Shown here piece by piece: positions 59,742 to 64,000 of a stretch of DNA of 64,000 bases; positions within the stretch are counted from its first letter, which is position 1; the number at the start of each line of letters is the position of its first letter. Source of the DNA: an uncultured Candidatus Saccharibacteria bacterium. GTDB lineage: Bacteria; Patescibacteriota; Dojkabacteria; SC72. Where the stretch lies: positions 6,656 through 70,655 of the forward strand of contig CAZLLO010000001.1 of the NCBI GenBank assembly GCA_964560525.1, read 5' to 3'. Below the pieces are notes generated by a model. It searched no databases. It was given only the letters and a program-made list of their open reading frames with translations, and was not told where the DNA came from. Made by a program: the position numbers and the translations under genes.

Positions 59742-60666
59742 TCTTAGTTAGAAATCCTTTTAGGAAAGTATCCAGGTAGTATATTCTCCATTCTTTTGAA
59801 GGATCTATCTCTATCAATTGTCTTGCATATTTCCTTGCTTTCACAAATTCTTTCTCATAGAAATATCTTTTCATCTTCAGCTCTATTCGGAGTCTCTTAG
59901 GAGCATATTTTGATAGATGATTAGAATCTATCTCTTTGTACACATCTTTGTAATTATCTTTCTTTTGATGATACCAATATCTAATAGCTTCTTCTGTAGA
60001 TTTTTGATTCAAATATTTTTCGCTATATATATCCTTTTCCTCCCTTATATGTGTTGCTAATATCTCAGGGTAAATATTGATCTTTTTGGATTTAAAAACC
60101 ATTTGTAGAAGCAAGTCATAATTCCCTGCATAACACATATTCTTTCTGAATTTGTATTCCTTCTTGTTCCTGAATATTAAAGGTGAATATTCTAAAATAT
60201 TTTCTGTTTCCAATTCCATAGAGATATCTTTTTCTATGCTTGCAGATCGTGATTCTTCAATCTTATTCCCATTTGTTTGGGTAACTAAAACTCTTGTGCC
60301 CAATGCATAACAATTAGGATGTGTATCCAGAAATACCACAACCTTTGCCAACATAGATGAAAATATATAGATATTCGGATCTAAGATTACAACGTATTCC
60401 CCTTGAGCAGCCATTATTCCACGATTCTTAAGATAGCAGATGTTTTGCTTCCTCTTGCTAACTATGATCTGAATACGGGAGTCTAGCTCTTGATATTGTG
60501 AAAGTGGAAGACTACTGCCATTGTCTATTAATATTAATTCCCAATCTTGAAGTGTTTGTGCTTGTGTACTTCTAACAATCTTTTCTACATCAGTATCACT
60601 ATTTTCTACAACAACAATAATGGAAATGATTTTTCTTTTGGTAGCAATGTTATCTGGTACATTCAT
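59713..60666 (-). CDS. GT2-family glycosyltransferase.
   Basis: N-terminal IISIIVVVEN...LILIDNGS. GT2 DxD-type architecture. Confidence 0.6.
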   Translation of the reverse strand: MNVPDNIATKRKIISIIVVVENSDTDVEKIVRSTQAQTLQDWELILIDNGSSLPLSQYQELDSRIQIIVSKRKQNICYLKNRGIMAAQGEYVVILDPNIYIFSSMLAKVVVFLDTHPNCYALGTRVLVTQTNGNKIEESRSASIEKDISMELETENILEYSPLIFRNKKEYKFRKNMCYAGNYDLLLQMVFKSKKINIYPEILATHIREEKDIYSEKYLNQKSTEEAIRYWYHQKKDNYKDVYKEIDSNHLSKYAPKRLRIELKMKRYFYEKEFVKARKYARQLIEIDPSKEWRIYYLDTFLKGFLTKISQNVRRRI

Positions 60667-60690
60667 TACAAATAGATAATACCATATATC

Positions 60691-63165
60691 CTACTCATAT
60701 CTTAATACATCCACAGGTCTTGTATTTAAATACTTAATCGCAACAGACCAAATAAGCACAAATATTACTGCGCCAAAGCCAAGCATTAAATACAAAACAT
60801 CTGAGCCCGCAAACAAAATAGTATATTTGTAACCAAATATTTGCTCACTGTATTTACTTAATATGGTTACTCCACCCCATACCGTTAGGTAGGATATTGC
60901 AAACGTAATTACGAATATCAATCCATATTCTAAGAACAACATAGCTTTGACTTGTTTGTTCATAAAGCCAACAACCTTGAGCAGTCCAAATGATCGTTTT
61001 CTAGATATAATTTCTAAAGAGGTAGAATTTAGTAAAAGGATACCACCTGCGAGTAATGCTAATCCTGCAACAGAGAAAACCATCTTAGTTATCATATCGA
61101 ACATAGAATTCATATACGCTTCAGCTGCTTTAGTACTTAATACTACATTCCCATTTACTTCATTCAACACGTTAACTGCCTTGTCTTCGCTATTTGAATC
61201 AGCTACAACTAACGCAACTTCCTTTATATTCCCTTTAAAATATTGCATAAAGGTCGTCTTTGTAACAATTACAGCTGGCATATCAGGAATTATGGAATAG
61301 CTCATTCCCCCACTAGTATCTGATTGTTGAGTATTGGAAGCATAGTAGCCACTAATTTCAAAATCTCCTACTTCAGGAAGTGATACCATTTGTCCAACAG
61401 CATAACCATCTTCAGTTTTGAAGATATCAGGTATAACTACATATTTTCCTTCCTTCAAACTTCCCTCAGTAATATTTATATCTAAATATTTATCCTTAAT
61501 ATCTCTTCCAGATGCATTGTAGAAATATGTTATCCCATTTGTATCTAGAACTTTTACATATTCAATATCGTAATTGAAGCTATTACTCTTTAACACATCC
61601 ACTAGTTGAGTATTAGCGTCATAATCGCGTACAGAGACTATATTTACAGTGCTCTTTAAATCAACTGTCTGAGAAGACATCTCTTCTTTGCTTGTTTTGA
61701 TTAAACAAATGATGAATCCAATTGCCGTTATACCAATGAAGATAGCCATCACAGCTAATATATTTTTCTTGTAGCTATTCCTTAGATTAATCCAAGCCAT
61801 TTCAAATGTATTACCTGTATTAAGTGGTAATCGAAGAATTAACCAGAATATGAATTGGAATATTAAACTAAATATCAAGGTTCCAGCTCCTGCAACACCA
61901 ACAGCTATTAATCCATATTTCAAATCTCCCGTTATTAAGATGCTAATACCAGCAAACAATATAGCTATGACAGCTATTAGTAAAATATTTTTCCATTTAC
62001 CCTTTCCTTTTCCATTAGAATTCTCTCTTAATGCATCAACAATACTGAAAGATGCAAATTTGGAGATTGAATAGAAACCAAATATTAAGGCAGAGCCGAG
62101 TGATGCTAAGAATGTAATACCTGCAACTTTCCAATTTAATGCGGTTTCAAATGCGATATTAATGCCAACAGTAGTAAACAGATTTAATATATACCTGGAA
62201 AGAAAATATCCTCCAAAAATACCAAGAAGAATACCTGGTAGTGCTAGAACTAAAAGCTCTAAGAGGTAAAGGAAAGTTATATTCTTCTCTGTATATCCTA
62301 TCGCTTTCATTATTCCAATCTCTCGTTTCCTCCTCGATATTATTACTTGCATCGAAGATGCTATACCCATACTTCCTATGAATATACCCAGAATGCTTAG
62401 ACCTCTAAATACTAATGTATACGCTAAAGTACTTTTTTTCTGACTATCAACATATCCAGTAAGACTCTGATACATGCCAGAGATATCCTCAGCTGCGAAG
62501 AAGCTATCTAGTTTCTCTCCTATAGCTTTCTCATCTCCCTTTATCAACAAACTTTTACTCGAATATCCAAACATATCTAAAGTTTCCATATTAACGTATG
62601 CCTGCCCTGCTCCAATATTTGTATCCTCAATTATGCTTGTTACCTTTAACGATTTTGATTCAAAGATATTTGAAGGCAAAATCTGTATGGTATCACCTAC
62701 ATTAACTTCAAGTTTCTTAGATAAATCATTAGATATTGATATTGTATTTGGTTCTTTAACACTGTTGTACAATCCTCCCTCAACGTTTACATAACCATAT
62801 AATGGGTATGCACTATCATTTATTCCCACCAAATTCATCATCATCAATTCCTTAACTTTGCTGCTTTGAACAGAGATTCCATATACCCGACCTCTTTGGG
62901 TCATTTGTGTAATTTTTCCAGAATCCTTAAGCTCTTGTAATTCTAATCCTAATTCTTTAATGGTAGCTTTGTCCGCATCTACTACTACATCTCCTCCGAA
63001 ACTTATCTCAGGGTCTTTAACCGTAACACCTAAGAATTGATCTGACATTGTAAGCAATGCCATTGATGAAAATGCAGAAAAAAATACCGCAAGAGATATT
63101 ATTACTGCTGTTATTCCCAAAGATTTAAGGGAAGATATAATTTTGTGGAATGCAAAATCTAACAT
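60691..63165 (-). CDS. Large FtsX-family ABC transporter permease (two FtsX repeats).
   Basis: 824 aa, about 10 TM segments. Coupled to the downstream ATPase by a 7-nt overlap. Confidence 0.65.
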   Translation of the reverse strand: MLDFAFHKIISSLKSLGITAVIISLAVFFSAFSSMALLTMSDQFLGVTVKDPEISFGGDVVVDADKATIKELGLELQELKDSGKITQMTQRGRVYGISVQSSKVKELMMMNLVGINDSAYPLYGYVNVEGGLYNSVKEPNTISISNDLSKKLEVNVGDTIQILPSNIFESKSLKVTSIIEDTNIGAGQAYVNMETLDMFGYSSKSLLIKGDEKAIGEKLDSFFAAEDISGMYQSLTGYVDSQKKSTLAYTLVFRGLSILGIFIGSMGIASSMQVIISRRKREIGIMKAIGYTEKNITFLYLLELLVLALPGILLGIFGGYFLSRYILNLFTTVGINIAFETALNWKVAGITFLASLGSALIFGFYSISKFASFSIVDALRENSNGKGKGKWKNILLIAVIAILFAGISILITGDLKYGLIAVGVAGAGTLIFSLIFQFIFWLILRLPLNTGNTFEMAWINLRNSYKKNILAVMAIFIGITAIGFIICLIKTSKEEMSSQTVDLKSTVNIVSVRDYDANTQLVDVLKSNSFNYDIEYVKVLDTNGITYFYNASGRDIKDKYLDINITEGSLKEGKYVVIPDIFKTEDGYAVGQMVSLPEVGDFEISGYYASNTQQSDTSGGMSYSIIPDMPAVIVTKTTFMQYFKGNIKEVALVVADSNSEDKAVNVLNEVNGNVVLSTKAAEAYMNSMFDMITKMVFSVAGLALLAGGILLLNSTSLEIISRKRSFGLLKVVGFMNKQVKAMLFLEYGLIFVITFAISYLTVWGGVTILSKYSEQIFGYKYTILFAGSDVLYLMLGFGAVIFVLIWSVAIKYLNTRPVDVLRYE

Positions 63166-63830
63166 ACTACTTTTCCGTCAACGATATTAATTGTTCTGTC
63201 TGCTTTTGAAGCAATACTTTTATCATGTGTAGCTATTATCAAGGTTATACCTAATTCCTTATGTAGCTTGATGAAGAGATCCAAAACTTTTTCACCCGTA
63301 GTTGAATCAAGATTTCCTGTTGGTTCATCTGCAATTAATAGTCTTGGGTTAGTAATCAATGATCTAGCTATGGCTACTCGTTGCTGTTGACCACCAGACA
63401 TTTCTTCTGGTCTATGCTTTGCTCGATCAGAGAGTCCAACCTTTTCTAACATTTCTAATGCTCTTTCTCTGATTTCTTTTCTTGAGATTTTTACTGAAGA
63501 TGCAAAGAGAGGTGCTTCTACATTTTGCAATGCATTAAGACTTGGGATGAGGTTAAAGGCTTGGAATACCACTCCTATTTCTCTGTTTCTAATATCTGCA
63601 AGATTATTTTCACTAACTCCTGCTATATCTCTATTATCTAACATGAATTCACCTGATGTTGGTGTATCTATACATGAGAGTATTGCTAAAAGGGTTGATT
63701 TTCCTGATCCTGAAGGACCCATAAGGGCAACAAATTCACCATCTTGGATTTCTAAATCTATGTCTCTTAATACTGGTATTTCGGTCTTGCCGAGGAAGTA
63801 ACTCTTTTTTATGTTATGAAGTTTTATCAT
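63159..63830 (-). CDS. ABC transporter ATP-binding protein (LolD/MacB type).
   Basis: GPSGSGKST, MSGGQQQRVAIARSL, LIADEPT. Confidence 0.85.
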   Translation of the reverse strand: MIKLHNIKKSYFLGKTEIPVLRDIDLEIQDGEFVALMGPSGSGKSTLLAILSCIDTPTSGEFMLDNRDIAGVSENNLADIRNREIGVVFQAFNLIPSLNALQNVEAPLFASSVKISRKEIRERALEMLEKVGLSDRAKHRPEEMSGGQQQRVAIARSLITNPRLLIADEPTGNLDSTTGEKVLDLFIKLHKELGITLIIATHDKSIASKADRTINIVDGKVVC

Positions 63831-64000
63831 ATTTATGGGATTTCAAATTACAATGTTCCTAATCTATCACAATGTAAGAAGAAGTTCAAAATGATTAAAT
63901 AATCCTTGTTATAGTGAATATTATTATGCCTACACTTAGTCCTAGTTTTAATACCATACTTACAAGGATCCCGATAAATGTTCCCCAGCCTGCTTTTAGG

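Noticed and set aside
1-64000. Alternative genetic code (UGA recoding, as in some CPR lineages).
   Set aside because: Long conserved proteins (SecA 972 aa, Res 843 aa, FtsX 824 aa) are uninterrupted under the standard code with TGA as stop. Nothing suggests recoding.
1-64000. Reverse transcriptase, DGR, retron, transposase or integrase genes.
   Set aside because: None of the translated ORFs shows RT (YxDD), DDE-transposase or tyrosine/serine recombinase signatures.

Overview
This is a low-GC, gene-dense bacterial chromosomal window using the standard genetic code; the long ORFs are intact with TGA as stop. Gene content (SecA, RecO, a tRNA-Lys, Elp3, a family-4 UDG, a SET-domain gene, many small hypothetical proteins) suggests a CPR/Patescibacteria-like or similar small-genome bacterium; this attribution is inference only. 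The layout from left to right is as follows. (1) At 1-7558 a phage-like block lies entirely on the minus strand: a PLD-nuclease/SNF2-helicase fusion (truncated by the window edge), terminase large subunit, an HTH protein in the terminase-small-subunit position, a ParB-nuclease/DNA-methyltransferase fusion, a hypothetical protein, and a 531-aa protein with a nucleotidyltransferase (MNT-like) core. (2) At 7.6-10.4 kb six copies of a roughly 30-45 bp direct-repeat family, built from phased CCRTAT(T) sub-motifs, bracket single small genes: a 5'-truncated isochorismatase fragment, a zinc-ribbon gene, a frameshifted SET-domain gene and a HAD hydrolase. (3) Housekeeping and envelope genes follow: an AbrB-ABC transporter operon, an SPL-like radical SAM gene, an M14 peptidase, DedA, dUTPase and an aldo/keto reductase. 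(4) A GtrA-like / FAD-oxidoreductase / polytopic-membrane-protein cassette (22.86-26.53 kb) is flanked by imperfect 98-bp direct repeats that duplicate the 3' end of a neighbouring gene. (5) ExoIII, alanine racemase and a Type III restriction-modification pair (mod/res) with a NYN-nuclease gene alongside. (6) A Bce-like module of response regulator, ABC ATPase, FtsX permease and histidine kinase. (7) An HI0933-like flavoprotein, a polysaccharide deacetylase, UDG, Ndk, Elp3 translationally coupled to an Hjc-like PD-(D/E)xK nuclease candidate, and tRNA-Lys(CTT). (8) A cell-surface/glycan cluster: RecO, a sugar phosphotransferase, two GT1 glycosyltransferases, SecA, an M23 peptidase and a GT2 glycosyltransferase. 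(9) A second FtsX/ABC transporter. No CRISPR array, integrase, transposase or reverse transcriptase is visible. The most unusual structures are the repeat-punctuated single-gene array and the repeat-flanked glycan-modification cassette; nothing here can be called a new system from sequence alone.
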